A DNA stretch of 63,828 nt, filler included, from Octopus bimaculoides (taxonomy: Eukaryota), in assembly GCF_001194135.2 (NCBI RefSeq). It is 7 parts of 6 records of this genome, joined end to end, with 100 filler letters (N's around TTAATTAATTAA, not from the genome) between each part and the next. Parts side by side here need not be neighbours in the genome. Positions count along the whole stretch, not along the records: positions 1 to 2,094 come from NC_068981.1; positions 2,195 to 4,430 come from NC_069007.1; positions 4,531 to 12,388 come from NC_068994.1; 4 more parts are not named here. One strand, 5' to 3'. The notes under the pieces are model-generated. The model searched no databases, was not told the DNA's origin, and saw nothing but the letters and a program-made list of their open reading frames with translations. Below, one piece after another: positions 1-11,231 of this stretch; positions within the stretch are counted from its first letter, which is position 1; each line of letters opens with the position of its first letter. Both the position numbers and the translations under genes were made by a program.

Positions 1-36
<36 letters not shown>

Positions 37-1828
37 TCGTATATATATATATATATGATTGTATACATCTACACACACAAACACGCACACACACACACAT
101 ATGTCAGTGCATATGATTGTGAGAATAAAATATTTTACGTATGTCATAACATATCAGTTGCCTGTCAAACTGATATGGTTACTGTCTGTCAAACAAAATA
201 ATTTTAATACGCGAAGCAATGTGAAAAAATGTTGTCCTAAAGTAAGGATCGCTAAACTGGGGTGAATGAATCCTAGTTTTTAAAACAATTCTTTCAAATT
301 ATCCATTTGGATATATTATAACATGTGAAATATCAGACTGAATGCTTCTGTAATACGCAAGGATGTTGCTTATATCGTTTGGTTTCCTTTTTCCCTTCCA
401 TCACCCGATTTCGAAGACCATTGTTGGGATGTGGTGATGGACGATAAATGAAGTACATAGACTGCCGGAATGTGAGGGGTGTACGTGGAAGATTTGCAGA
501 ATGCTGAGAATATAGCGGAGGGAATTTTAGTTAAGGGTTCGCCGGGGTAGAAGTTATTCTTTAAGTAAAGCTGTTTTTTATTCGGTACATAAATATCGAC
601 AGCAACAGCAACAACAAAATTAGCAGCAGCAGCAGCAGGTGCAGCGGCAGGAGCACATTATATCTGAAGAAAAGAAAAGCCAGTTAACAATAACTTTTCT
701 CAGAGGATTTCCTGAAGAAGTGGTCTTAACCTGAAATATTCGAATACCAAGTAAAAGTACAAACCATCGATCTGTCTTCTTAACTTTTAAGAACTCGCAT
801 TGCTTTGGTTTAAAAAATAATTAAAGCCATTTATGCATCTCTCAGACAAGTCTTCATGAAAATAAACTGCTCTACTCTCTGTCTGTCCCTGTGTGTGTGT
901 GTGTATGTATATGTACACACACACACACACACACACACANNNNNNNNNNNNNNNNNNNNNNNNNNNNNNNNNNNNNNNNNNNNNNNNNNNNNNNNNNNNN
1001 NNNNNNNNNNNNNNNNNNNNNNNNNNNNNNNNNNNNNNNGACATACATACATGCATACATGCATACACTCATACATACACACACAGACATACACACACAT
1101 ACCACAAAGACATACAAATCACCCAAACATACATCCATAAATATATCTCCTACCCACACATATACACACATATTCGCTCACTCTCCGCCCCCCCCCGCCC
1201 ACCGCAGCAGAGTGACTCCCCACAGTATCTAGTTGCCAATGAAAGTCTTTCTTGTCCCAATCACTATATCCTGTTAAGCTAAGACTAATTAAGGCCGTGT
1301 TAACTTGGGGATTCCTCGTGTCACGCCAGCGACCGGTTACTGTTTTATCTCTAACTCTTTCCTTAATCACATTCGCTAATCAACAACGCCATTTTGTCTT
1401 GCTCTAAATTCTTCGTCTTGGCACACAAACCTTTCATAAAACTGTGTACTTTAATTGTATCGTGTGAAAGGTTCAGCAGAGCTATGCAAGTATCTAATTC
1501 AATCATCAGCGTCGTATCGATTTTACCGATCAATACATGACACAGGTATGGCGTTGTGTTTATGATGTTCGCTCGTGATTTCGACCACGTGATTTCAATA
1601 ATTTGCCCAATTAGGGGAAAATTAAAAATAAAAGAAATGTGAAAATTAATAATTGTAAGTATTAATAATGTAGCTATTAATTATGGTAATTTCATATGCA
1701 TGAAAAAATTTATTAGTGGGCCAAAACTTCGAAATTACTATTAACCCGCTTCTTGCTAGAATATCCTAAACGCATAACCGAACCGATAAAAATGTATTAA
1801 ATTAATCCATCTTTTAAATGTTATAATT

Positions 1829-2035
1829 CTTTTATACTTTTATTTGTTTAAGTCACTTGACTGCGGCCATGCTGGAATATCGCCTTTAGTCGTGCAAATC
1901 GAGCCCAGGACTAATTTTTTGTTAGCGTAGTACTTATTCTATCGGTCTCTTTTGCCAAATCGCTACGTTACGGGGACGTAAACACACCAGCATCAGTTGT
2001 CAAACAATGTTGGAGGCACAAACACACACAAAAAC
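1829..2035 (-). mobile_element. SINE family A, 3' half
   Basis: Aligns by eye to other family-A copies (gactgcggccatgctgga...cctttagtcg...acggggacgtaaacacacc); ends in a (CA)n/(TA)n run at a gap. Confidence 0.85.
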
Positions 2036-2048
2036 ACACACACACACA

Positions 2049-2094
<46 letters not shown>

Positions 2095-2194
2095 NNNNNN
2101 NNNNNNNNNNNNNNNNNNNNNNNNNNNNNNNNNNNNNNTTAATTAATTAANNNNNNNNNNNNNNNNNNNNNNNNNNNNNNNNNNNNNNNNNNNN
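2095..2194. other. Artificial scaffold spacer 44N-TTAATTAATTAA-44N
   Basis: Exactly 44 N + 12-mer (2139-2150) + 44 N; the 12-mer gives stops in all six frames. Confidence 0.95.
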
Positions 2195-2229
2195 ACACAC
2201 ACACACATATGAATGTATGTATGTATGTA

Positions 2230-2428
2230 TTTGCGTGTATTTGTTTGTCCCCTCACCATCGCTTAACAACCGATGCTGGTGTGTTTACGTCCCCGAACCT
2301 TAGTGGTCTGGCAAAAGAGTGCGATAAAATAAGCACTAGGCTTACAAAGAATAAGTCATGGGGTAGATTTGTTCGACTAAAGGCGGTGCTCCAGCATGGC
2401 TGCAGTCAAATGACTGAAGTAAGTAAGA
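2230..2428 (+). mobile_element. SINE family A, 3' half
   Basis: cttaacaaccgatgctggtgtgtttacgtcccc...ggcggtgctccagcatggctgcagtcaaatgactgaa matches the family-A tail. Confidence 0.85.
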
Positions 2429-2736
2429 TATATATGTGTGTGTGACATTATATATATTTATACGTGTGTATATAACGCGAGAATTGTGTAGTAATATATA
2501 TTAATGTAATATATATTTATATGCGTACATATTTATTCACAAAACGCATACATACATGCATACACACACACTCATGCATACAGACATAAAAGCAAATGTG
2601 TGTGTGTGTGTATGTGTTTGGCTGAGAAATTTGTTTTACGACCATGATGTCTAGGGTTCGAATCCTGAGACTTACCTCTTAACAACCAATCACTTGAGTA
2701 CATCTCGACATCGATCCATATGTCATTTATGTACGA

Positions 2737-2836
2737 TTTTTTAAATATATTTTTTTTAAATATATTTTTTTTAAATATATTTTTTTTAAATATATTTTTT
2801 TTTAATATATTTTTTTTAAATATATTTTTTTTTAAA
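2737..2836. repeat. AT-only tandem repeat, unit AAATATAT(T)8-10, about 6 copies
   Basis: Directly visible; units contain the palindrome AAATATATTT. Confidence 0.85.
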
Positions 2837-3005
2837 CCTGAATAATTTAATTATATCAAAATATATTTCAATTTCTATATTTAAATATTTTACACGCATT
2901 TGTCCTAACAAACACCTCGCTCTCTCTTTCTGTAAATCTGTCTATCTATCTATCTATCTATCTCTCCCTCCCTGTACCACATATTCCCCTCCATTTTCTT
3001 ATTAC

Positions 3006-3091
<86 letters not shown>

Positions 3092-3453
3092 CACACAGAG
3101 AATGTCTACATGCATATTATATATTATTTAAACATATGTATATGTTTATATATAAATACATGTCTGTGTATACCTGTATAAGCCTTATGTATACTACATG
3201 TATTATATATGTGTGTATATATATCTATACACACACACACACAGATATATATATATGTATATAAATGCATATAGGTACATGTAAGTATATATATATATGT
3301 GTGAATATATAAATGCATATATGCATGTATAAATATATATATATATATGCATGTATATGTATACGCATACATATATGTGTGTGTATATAGAAGTATATGT
3401 ATGTATATGTATATATATACATACAAATATATATATACACACATAGATGCAGA

Positions 3454-3485
<32 letters not shown>

Positions 3486-3789
3486 CATATATATGTGTGT
3501 GTGTTAGTGTGTGTATGCNNNNNNNNNNNNNNNNNNNNNNNNNNNNNNNNNNNNNNNNNNNNNNNNNNNNNNNNNNNNNNNNNNNNNNNNNNNNNNNNNN
3601 NNNNNNNNNNNNNNNNNNNNNNNNNNNNNNNNNNNNNNNNNNNNNNNNNNNNNNNNNNNNNNNNNNNNNNNNNNNNNNNNNNNNNNNNNNNNNNNNNNNN
3701 NNNNNNNNNNNNNNNNNNNNNNNNNNNNNNNNNNNNNNNNNNNNNTATATATATACATACAAATATATATATACACACATAGATGCAGA

Positions 3790-3821
<32 letters not shown>

Positions 3822-3965
3822 CATATATATGTGTGTGTGTTAGTGTGTGTATGCATATATGTATATAAATATATGTGTATATGTATTTGTGTATGCGTGT
3901 GTGTATATATATGCGCGCGCACGCGCACACGCACACACGCACACACACACACACATGTATATATC

Positions 3966-4378
3966 AGCGTCAGTATGGCTGTGAGGTAAGAAGCTTGCTT
4001 CTCAACCTCATGGTTCCGGGTTCAGTCCCGCTGTGTGACACCTTGGTCAAGTGTCTTCTAATATAGCTTCGGGCCGGCGATGGCCTTGTGAGTGGATTTG
4101 GTAGACGGAAACTGAAAGAAGCCCGTCGTATATATGTATATATTATGTCTTTGTATATATGTATATGTTTGTGTGTCTGTGTCTATCCTCCCACCATAGC
4201 TTAACAACCGATGTAGGTCTGTTTACGTCCCCGTAAGTTATAATTTCGGCGATAGGAACCGATGGAATAAGAAATAGACTTACAAAAAATAAGCCCTGGG
4301 GTCGATTTGTTCGACTATAAAGGCAGTGCTCCAGCATGGCCGCAGTCAAATGACTGAAACAAATAAAATAATAAAGGA

Positions 4379-4380
<2 letters not shown>
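3966..4380 (+). mobile_element. SINE family A, near full length (tRNA-like head, CORE-like box, internal microsatellite, LINE-derived tail)
   Basis: A-box-like tggctgtgaggt, B-box-like ggttcagtcc, CORE-like tgtgacaccttggtcaagtg, internal (TA)/(TG) run 4128-4180, tail ccagcatggccgcagtcaaatgactgaaac. Confidence 0.85.
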
Positions 4381-4430
<50 letters not shown>

Positions 4431-4530
4431 NNNNNNNNNNNNNNNNNNNNNNNNNNNNNNNNNNNNNNNNNNNNTTAATTAATTAANNNNNNNNNNNNNN
4501 NNNNNNNNNNNNNNNNNNNNNNNNNNNNNN
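4431..4530. other. Artificial scaffold spacer 44N-TTAATTAATTAA-44N
   Basis: 12-mer at 4475-4486 with 44 N each side. Confidence 0.95.
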
Positions 4531-4610
4531 ATCCATCCATCCATCCATCCATCCATCCATCCATCCATCCATCCATCCATCCATCCATCCATCCATCCAT
4601 CCATCCATCC
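4531..4610 (+). repeat. (ATCC)n microsatellite
   Basis: About 20 perfect units. Confidence 0.95.
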
Positions 4611-4923
4611 AAAAACATTCATGCACGTAAATACATTGATATATATGTGTGTAAAAGCAACGCAAACGTATCGCTTGAGGTAAAAGTACATGCGACTGAT
4701 CACTGCCATCGTTCTACCACGTGTTGGCGTTACCTTTCACAGCATAATCAAGCATTCGTTTCACTCACGCAAACATAACTATAATGATAATGTGTGTGTG
4801 TGTGTACATACTTATAATCATGCCAAACAGCACACAATTATATACATATATATACATATATACATTCAGACGAATTTATGTTTATGTCAAACATCACATC
4901 AGATATGTGTGTCTGTGTGTATA

Positions 4924-4978
<55 letters not shown>

Positions 4979-5504
4979 NNNNNNNNNNNNNNNNNNNNNN
5001 NNNNNNNNNNNNNNNNNNNNNNNNNNNNNNNNNNNNNNNNNNNNNNNNNNNNNNNNNNNNNNNNNNNNNNNNNNNNNNNNNNNNNNNNNNNNNNNNNNNN
5101 NNNNNNNNNNNNNNNNNNNNNNNNNNNNNNNNNNNNNNNNNNNNNNNNNNNNNNNNNNNNNNNNNNNNNNNNNNNNNNNNNNNNNNNNNNNNNNNNNNNN
5201 NNNNNNNNNNNNNNNNNNNNNNNNNNNNNNNNNNNNNNNNNNNNNNNNNNNNNNNNNNNNNNNNNNNNNNNNNNNNNNNNNNNNNNNNNNNNNNNNNNNN
5301 NNNNNNNNNNNNNNNNNNNNNNNNNNNNNNNNNNNNNNNNNNNNNNNNNNNNNNNNNNNNNNNNNNNNNNNNNNNNNNNNNNNNNNNNNNNNNNNNNNNN
5401 NNNNNNNNNNNNNNNNNNNNNNNNNNNNNNNNNNNNNNNNNNNNNNNNNNNNNNNNNNNNNNNNNNNNNNNNNNNNNNNNNNNNNNNNNNNNNNNNNNNN
5501 NNNN

Positions 5505-5740
5505 TTTTCCTGTCTTGTTTTTTGTCCGCCACTACATTCCTCCATGGCTAGATTTAATTTGCGTATACAAATTTAATCTGCGATCCATGGGACGAGCCGT
5601 TTTAACGATGCGTCCTGCCCGAAGCTCGTCGAAACGCCGGTGTTAAAACGTGGGTAGCTGATGAAGTAGAATGTTCTCTATGTGGCTCGTGTGTTCTCGT
5701 CTACGTTTGTTTGCAATGTCCTGTACCCAGATATGCACCT
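5505..5740 (+). mobile_element. Structured interspersed-repeat end, putative Penelope-like pseudo-LTR
   Basis: Several inverted repeats (5542-5650), GAAAC at 5631 and CTGATGA near 5659; bounded by a gap and a microsatellite. PLE assignment is inference. Confidence 0.4.
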
Positions 5741-6149
5741 ATACATACAGGTGGATGTCGGTATGCACATACCTGTACGTATATATGCATATACTCATTT
5801 ACTATTTATATATATATATATATATATACACTGAGTGTGTGTATATGAATATATGCACTACTCTCTCTCTCTCTCTCTCTCATTCTCTATCTATCTATCT
5901 ATCTTTCTCTCTCTTCCTCTCTCCCCCTCTCTCTCTCTCTCTCTCTTTCTCTCTATCTCTATCTCTCACCCCCTCTCTATCTCTTTCTCTCCCTCTCCTC
6001 TCTCTCTCCCCTTTCTCTTCCCTATCCCCCCTCTCCCTCTCTCCCTCTCTCACATTGATTCTTTGTTTAAGGGTCTTTCCTTATCGTATTCTGTTTTGTT
6101 ATTTGCTTCTTATATTTTTGCTTTGATTTGTTCGTTTTGTTTTGTTGTT

Positions 6150-6235
6150 GTTACTCTTGTTGTTGTTGCTGTTATTGCTGTTGCTGTTGTTGTTGTTGCT
6201 GTTGTTAATGATGATGATGATGATGATGCTGTTGC
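6150..6235 (+). repeat. (GTT/GCT)n and (GAT)n trinucleotide microsatellites
   Basis: Directly visible. Confidence 0.9.
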
Positions 6236-6334
6236 TGTCGCGCGTTGGAAATAACATTAATTACTTTGATGTGCAACACAGTTTAATCATTTCAATTATC
6301 AAGGTACACTTTCAATACACCTTACAGCAACCAC

Positions 6335-6464
6335 CAGTAGCAGTAGTAGTAGTAGTGGTGGTGGTGGTAGTGGTGATGGTGGTGGCGGTGGTGGTGGCGG
6401 CTGTAATGTGCAGTAGTAGTAGTAGTAGTAGTGGTGGTGGTGGTGATGGTGGTAGTTATAAGGT

Positions 6465-6508
<44 letters not shown>

Positions 6509-6837
6509 NNNNNNNNNNNNNNNNNNNNNNNNNNNNNNNNNNNNNNNNNNNNNNNNNNNNNNNNNNNNNNNNNNNNNNNNNNNNNNNNNNNNNNNNNNNN
6601 NNNNNNNNNNNNNNNNNNNNNNNNNNNNNNNNNNNNNNNNNNNNNNNNNNNNNNNNNNNNNNNNNNNNNNNNNNNNNNNNNNNNNNNNNNNNNNNNNNNN
6701 NNNNNNNNNNNNNNNNNNNNNNNNNNGGTGGTAGTGGTGGTGGTGGTGGTAGTGGTGGTGGTGGTGGTGGCGGCTGTAATGTGCAGTAGTAGTAGTAGTA
6801 GTAGTGGTGGTGGTGGTGATGGTGGTAGTTATAAGGT

Positions 6838-6890
<53 letters not shown>
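6335..6890 (+). repeat. Compound (GTA)n/(GTG)n microsatellite, duplicated across an N gap
   Basis: The unique spacer ggcggctgtaatgtgcag...ttataaggtg occurs at ~6396-6466 and again at ~6769-6839. Confidence 0.9.
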
Positions 6891-6892
<2 letters not shown>

Positions 6893-6991
6893 CAAGGTCA
6901 GTATTAGTTGATCAGTACTACTAAAACTACTACTGCTAATCCTACAACCCACGTTCTACTTCTGCCACTACCACAGCGACTACAAAAACCA

Positions 6992-7130
6992 TGGTCAATT
7001 TCCTATTTAAGCACAAGGCCTGCAATTTTAAGAACAGAGAGGAAGCAGACATCATCAACTCCAATACTTGAACATGCATATTGTATTATCAATCCTAGGG
7101 GGATGAAAGACAAATCATCTGTGTGGTTGT
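6992..7130 (-). mobile_element. SINE family B, degenerate 3' part
   Basis: gcacaaggcctgcaatttt...ggatgaaagacaaa is the reverse complement of the family-B body seen at 50845-51060. Confidence 0.6.
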
Positions 7131-7204
7131 TCGGTACGAAATTGTCGAACTCTCATACATCGCCTAAAGACGGAAGAGTCCATCATATATATATATATAT
7201 ATAT

Positions 7205-7263
<59 letters not shown>

Positions 7264-7288
7264 TGTGTGTGTGTGTGTGTATACATAT

Positions 7289-7446
7289 ATGACGGGCTTC
7301 TTTCAGTTTGAGTCGATCAAATGCACTCACAGGGCTTTGGTCGATCCGAGGCCATAGTGGAAGACACTTGCTCAATGCTCCGTGCTGTGGAATTGAACCT
7401 GGAATCATGTGGCTGAAGAGCTAACTTCTTAATCACACAACCACAT
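7289..7446 (-). mobile_element. SINE family A, 5' half, following a (GATA)n run
   Basis: gacgggcttctttcagttt...gaagacacttg...gaacctggaatcatgtgg...cacacaaccac. Confidence 0.8.
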
Positions 7447-7746
7447 CCAAATTCCAAGGAAAAGAGGTTATATTTCTTCGACAGAAACTCGTTCTTTCTT
7501 TGCACACCAAATTGAAATGATTAAGGAAGGAAAATAAGAGATAAAGCTAACAAATATACCTGACCGCCATTTTGGCTTTGCCCTACAAGCAATCATGCAT
7601 TTGACATTTGTACAATTAGGTTTTAGAGGGAAGGGTGGAATGATTAATAATTGCGTAAGTGTGTAAGTGCCGATGTGAGTGAGCGCCTGGGTGATGTGTG
7701 AATAGAGAATGAGTAGGTGAATGAGTCAGTGAGCCTGTGGTTTAAG

Positions 7747-7777
<31 letters not shown>

Positions 7778-7927
7778 TGTGTGAGTGTGTGAGTGTGTGT
7801 GTGTGTGTGTGAGTGTTAGTGTGCGTGCGATTGAGTGGATGTGAATGAAGTTAAATATATATATTTATTTATTTAGGTAGGTAGGACGACAGGTAAGTAA
7901 GCAGGTAAGAATGTATGGTAGTTAAGG

Positions 7928-7981
<54 letters not shown>

Positions 7982-8003
7982 GTATATAGATAGATAGATA
8001 AAT

Positions 8004-8990
8004 AGAAGGCGGCAGCCGGACGCGGCCGCAGCGCCGGACGCGAAGGAGAGCGGCGGCAACGGCAAACCCGGGCCGCGCGCGGAGCTACCGACGACGGCTT
8101 CGGCGCCGCCTCGCTACCGGAAAAGCACTAATCGACGCGCTAGTTAGCAGGCCGGAGTCTCGTTCGTTATCGGAATCAACCAGACGGATCGCTCCACCAA
8201 CTAAGAACGGCCATGCACCACCACCCACCAAATCGAGAAAGAGCTATCGATCTGTCAATCCTACTGGTGTCCGGACCGGGTGAGTTNNNNNNNNNNNNNN
8301 NNNNNNNNNNNNNNNNNNNNNNNNNNNNNNNNNNNNNNNNNNNNNNNNNNNNNNNNNNNNNNNNNNNNNNNNNNNNNNNNNNNNNNNNNNNNNNNNNNNN
8401 NNNNNNNNNNNNNNNNNNNNNNNNNNNNNNNNNNNNNNNNNNNNNNNNNNNNNNNNNNNNNNNNNNNNNNNNNNNNNNNNNNNNNNNNNNNNNNNNNNNN
8501 NNNNNNNNNNNNNNNNNNNNNNNNNNNNNNNNNNNNNNNNNNNNNNNNNNNNNNNNNNNNNNNNNNNNNNNNNNNNNNNNNNNNNNNNNNNNNNNNNNNN
8601 NNNNNNNNNNNNNNNNNNNNNNNNNNNNNNNNNNNNNNNNNNNNNNNNNNNNNNNNNNNNNNNNNNNNNNNNNNNNNNNNNNNNNNNNNNNNNNNNNNNN
8701 NNNNNNNNGCCCCGATCGCTCCCTTCGATCATTGCCTCGTCGTGAACGGAGACCGACGGATGACGCGCGGACGAGGCCATTTTCCATCATTCCATGCTTT
8801 TCGTATGCAAGCCGGCGGGGCTCGCTCTGAGCACTCTAATTTTTTCACAGTGAACGTACCGGCCGCCTCGGACACTCGGCGAAGAGCACCCTCGGAGGAA
8901 CCGTGCGGGCCGAAACGACCGGGAGGTGGGCGCGCTACCGCAACGCGTGCGACGACGACGCCTGACGACGCCTGCCTCGTTTATTTCCCC
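8004..8990 (-). rRNA. 18S rRNA: Orphan 18S rRNA gene fragment (V4 to V7), probably a pseudogene; middle is an N gap
   Basis: Reverse complement shows universal SSU motifs: cgttcactgtgaaaaaattagagtgctc and ggaatgatggaa (V4), and aggattgacagatcgatagctctttctcg, gtggtggtgcatggccgttcttagttggtggagcga, gattccgataacgaacgagac (helices 36-43). The 422-N gap is about the expected size. The upstream boundary is approximate. Confidence 0.92.
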
Positions 8991-9059
8991 CGTGGACCGC
9001 GAACCGGCGATAGTCGGGGGATTACTGTATACGTTTATTCTCAAGCTAAGTCGATCTGT

Positions 9060-9350
9060 AAGTAATAGCCTGCAAGTATTTTTGTTAGGGTGGTAAACGT
9101 TGCGTATTGTGAGCAGCTTCCTCGTTCTTCTATCTAATTCTCGTAGTTCTACCGTTAGAAAAAGAACCGAATATCTTTATATTGGCATCGGCCATGTATT
9201 CATTGCTTTAATAATTTCCCTCCATTTAATTCTGTTTCGAGCACCTTCCCAATTTTCCTCTTGTACTCCTTGGAGATTTTTCTCTCCATCTTTTCTCCTT
9301 CGATTACCCTATCGTTCTACAGCACCACCCTCACCCCAGGTGCTTGTAAC
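9060..9350 (-). mobile_element. R4/Dong-clade non-LTR retrotransposon, internal RT C-terminal fragment
   Basis: Manual translation: EGYKHLG...KEYKRKIGKVLETELNGGKLLKAMNTW...ELRELDRRTRKLLTIRNVYHPNK, resembling the R4/Dong post-RT region; stops present. Confidence 0.75.
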
Positions 9351-9394
9351 CTTCATTATTTTTCAGTGATCTAATGATATTATCTTGTAGTTTT

Positions 9395-9458
9395 ATTATT
9401 GTTGTTGCTGTTGTTGTTGCTGTTGTTGTTGCTGTTGTTGTTGCTGTTGTTGTTGCTG

Positions 9459-9490
<32 letters not shown>

Positions 9491-9495
9491 GGTAT
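9395..9495 (+). repeat. (GTT/GCT)n then (GGT)n microsatellite
   Basis: Directly visible. Confidence 0.9.
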
Positions 9496-10092
9496 TGTTG
9501 TGTGCGTGTGTGTATGTGTGTGTATAAAATGGGTACGTAAAATTCGTAGAGTGATATGTGATGTATGAAGGGAGACAGATAGAAACCGCTGGGAGAAATA
9601 AGTTGATAGTAAAGAGAGAGAGAGAGAGAAAGAGAGATGGGCGATTGATAGAGATGGTAAGAGATTGTATGGAAGAAAAATGGAATAGTTTGAGAGGAGA
9701 GAATGAGGGGATGAAATCGTATGAGACTAGAGGAGATGTAACTAAGATGCACAGAGAGAGAGAGAGAAAGAGAGTATGTAAAAAGAGAGTCGGGAAAGTG
9801 AAAAAGATGCATGCATGGTAACAATGGTAGGAGATAGTGAGAGGGGTAAGAAGAGAGAAAGAGAGGAGGTGGAGAAAAAGAGGGGTGAAAGAGAGACAGA
9901 GAAATGGAGAAAAAGAAAGAAGAGAGAAGTGAAGAAAAAGAGAGAGATGGACTTAGTGTGTGGGAGATAAAGTGAAAGAAGAACAAACTAGAAAAGTGAG
10001 GCTGAAAGGTGAATTAGAAACACTAGGTAGGGTATAAAAAGGAAGAGATAGAAAGGGAGAAGAAGAGCAGAGTAGAGACATAGAAACATAGA

Positions 10093-10123
<31 letters not shown>

Positions 10124-11012
10124 GGGGGAGAGACAGAGATAGAAGGAGAGTTGAGAGAAGGGGATAGAAGGCGAGTAGAAAGAGAGAGGAATTTGGAGAA
10201 TTAATAAGTAAGTGAGATAATGTGTTGAGCGCGTAAAAGTGAAGGANNNNNNNNNNNNNNNNNNNNNNNNNNNNNNNNNNNNNNNNNNNNNNNNNNNNNN
10301 NNNNNNNNNNNNNNNNNNNNNNNNNNNNNNNNNNNNNNNNNNNNNNNNNNNNNNNNNNNNNNNNNNNNNNNNNNNNNNNNNNNNNNNNNNNNNNNNNNNN
10401 NNNNNNNNNNNNNNNNNNNNNNNNNNNNNNNNNNNNNNNNNNNNNNNNNNNNNNNNNNNNNNNNNNNNNNNNNNNNNNNNNNNNNNNNNNNNNNNNNNNN
10501 NNNNNNNNNNNNNNNNNNNNNNNNNNNNNNNNNNNNNNNNNNNNNNNNNNNNNNNNNNNNNNNNNNNNNNNNNNNNNNNNNNNNNNNNNNNNNNNNNNNN
10601 NNNNNNNNNNNNNNNNNNNNNNNNNNNNNNNNNNNNNNNNNNNNNNNNNNNNNNNNNNNNNNNNNNNNNNNNNNNNNNNNNNNNNNNNNNNNNNNNNNNN
10701 NNNNNNNNNNNNNNNNNNNNNNNNNNNNNNNNNNNNNNNNNNNNNNNNNNNNNNNNNNNNNNNNNNNNNNNNNNNNNNNNNNNNNNNNNNNNNNNNNNNN
10801 NNNNNNNNNNNNNNNNNNNNNNNNNNNNNNNNNNNNNNNNNNNNNNNNNNNNNNNNNNNNNNNNNNNNNNNNNNNNNNNNNNNNNNNNNNNNNNNNNNNN
10901 NNNNNNNNNNNNNNNNNNNNNNNNNNNNNNNNNNNNNNNNNNNNNNNNNNNNNNNNNNNNNGTATCCAGGCACTGTTCCTGCATTGTATTCCTAATGACA
11001 ATAATAATAATG

Positions 11013-11077
<65 letters not shown>

Positions 11078-11137
11078 TTGTTGTCCGCCCTCACAGAATC
11101 AACCAGAGCAAGAGAGACTGAGAGCTCTGAGAAGTAA

Positions 11138-11176
<39 letters not shown>

Positions 11177-11231
11177 TATTATTATTATTATTATTATTAT
11201 TTATTTGTTTGTTAAATTATTATAATTAAAA

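Noticed and set aside
2139-2150. TTAATTAATTAA as a biological motif (homeodomain site, piggyBac TTAA)
   Set aside because: Always centred in exactly 44+44 N; an artificial linker.
5591-5650. Strict HDV-like or twister ribozyme call
   Set aside because: P1/P2-like crossing exists, but the P1.1 GG, J4/2 catalytic C context and twister GAGG are missing; kept only as an open finding.
7563-7575. YY1-like CCGCCATTTTG (similar near 1386)
   Set aside because: Single short motifs with no promoter context.
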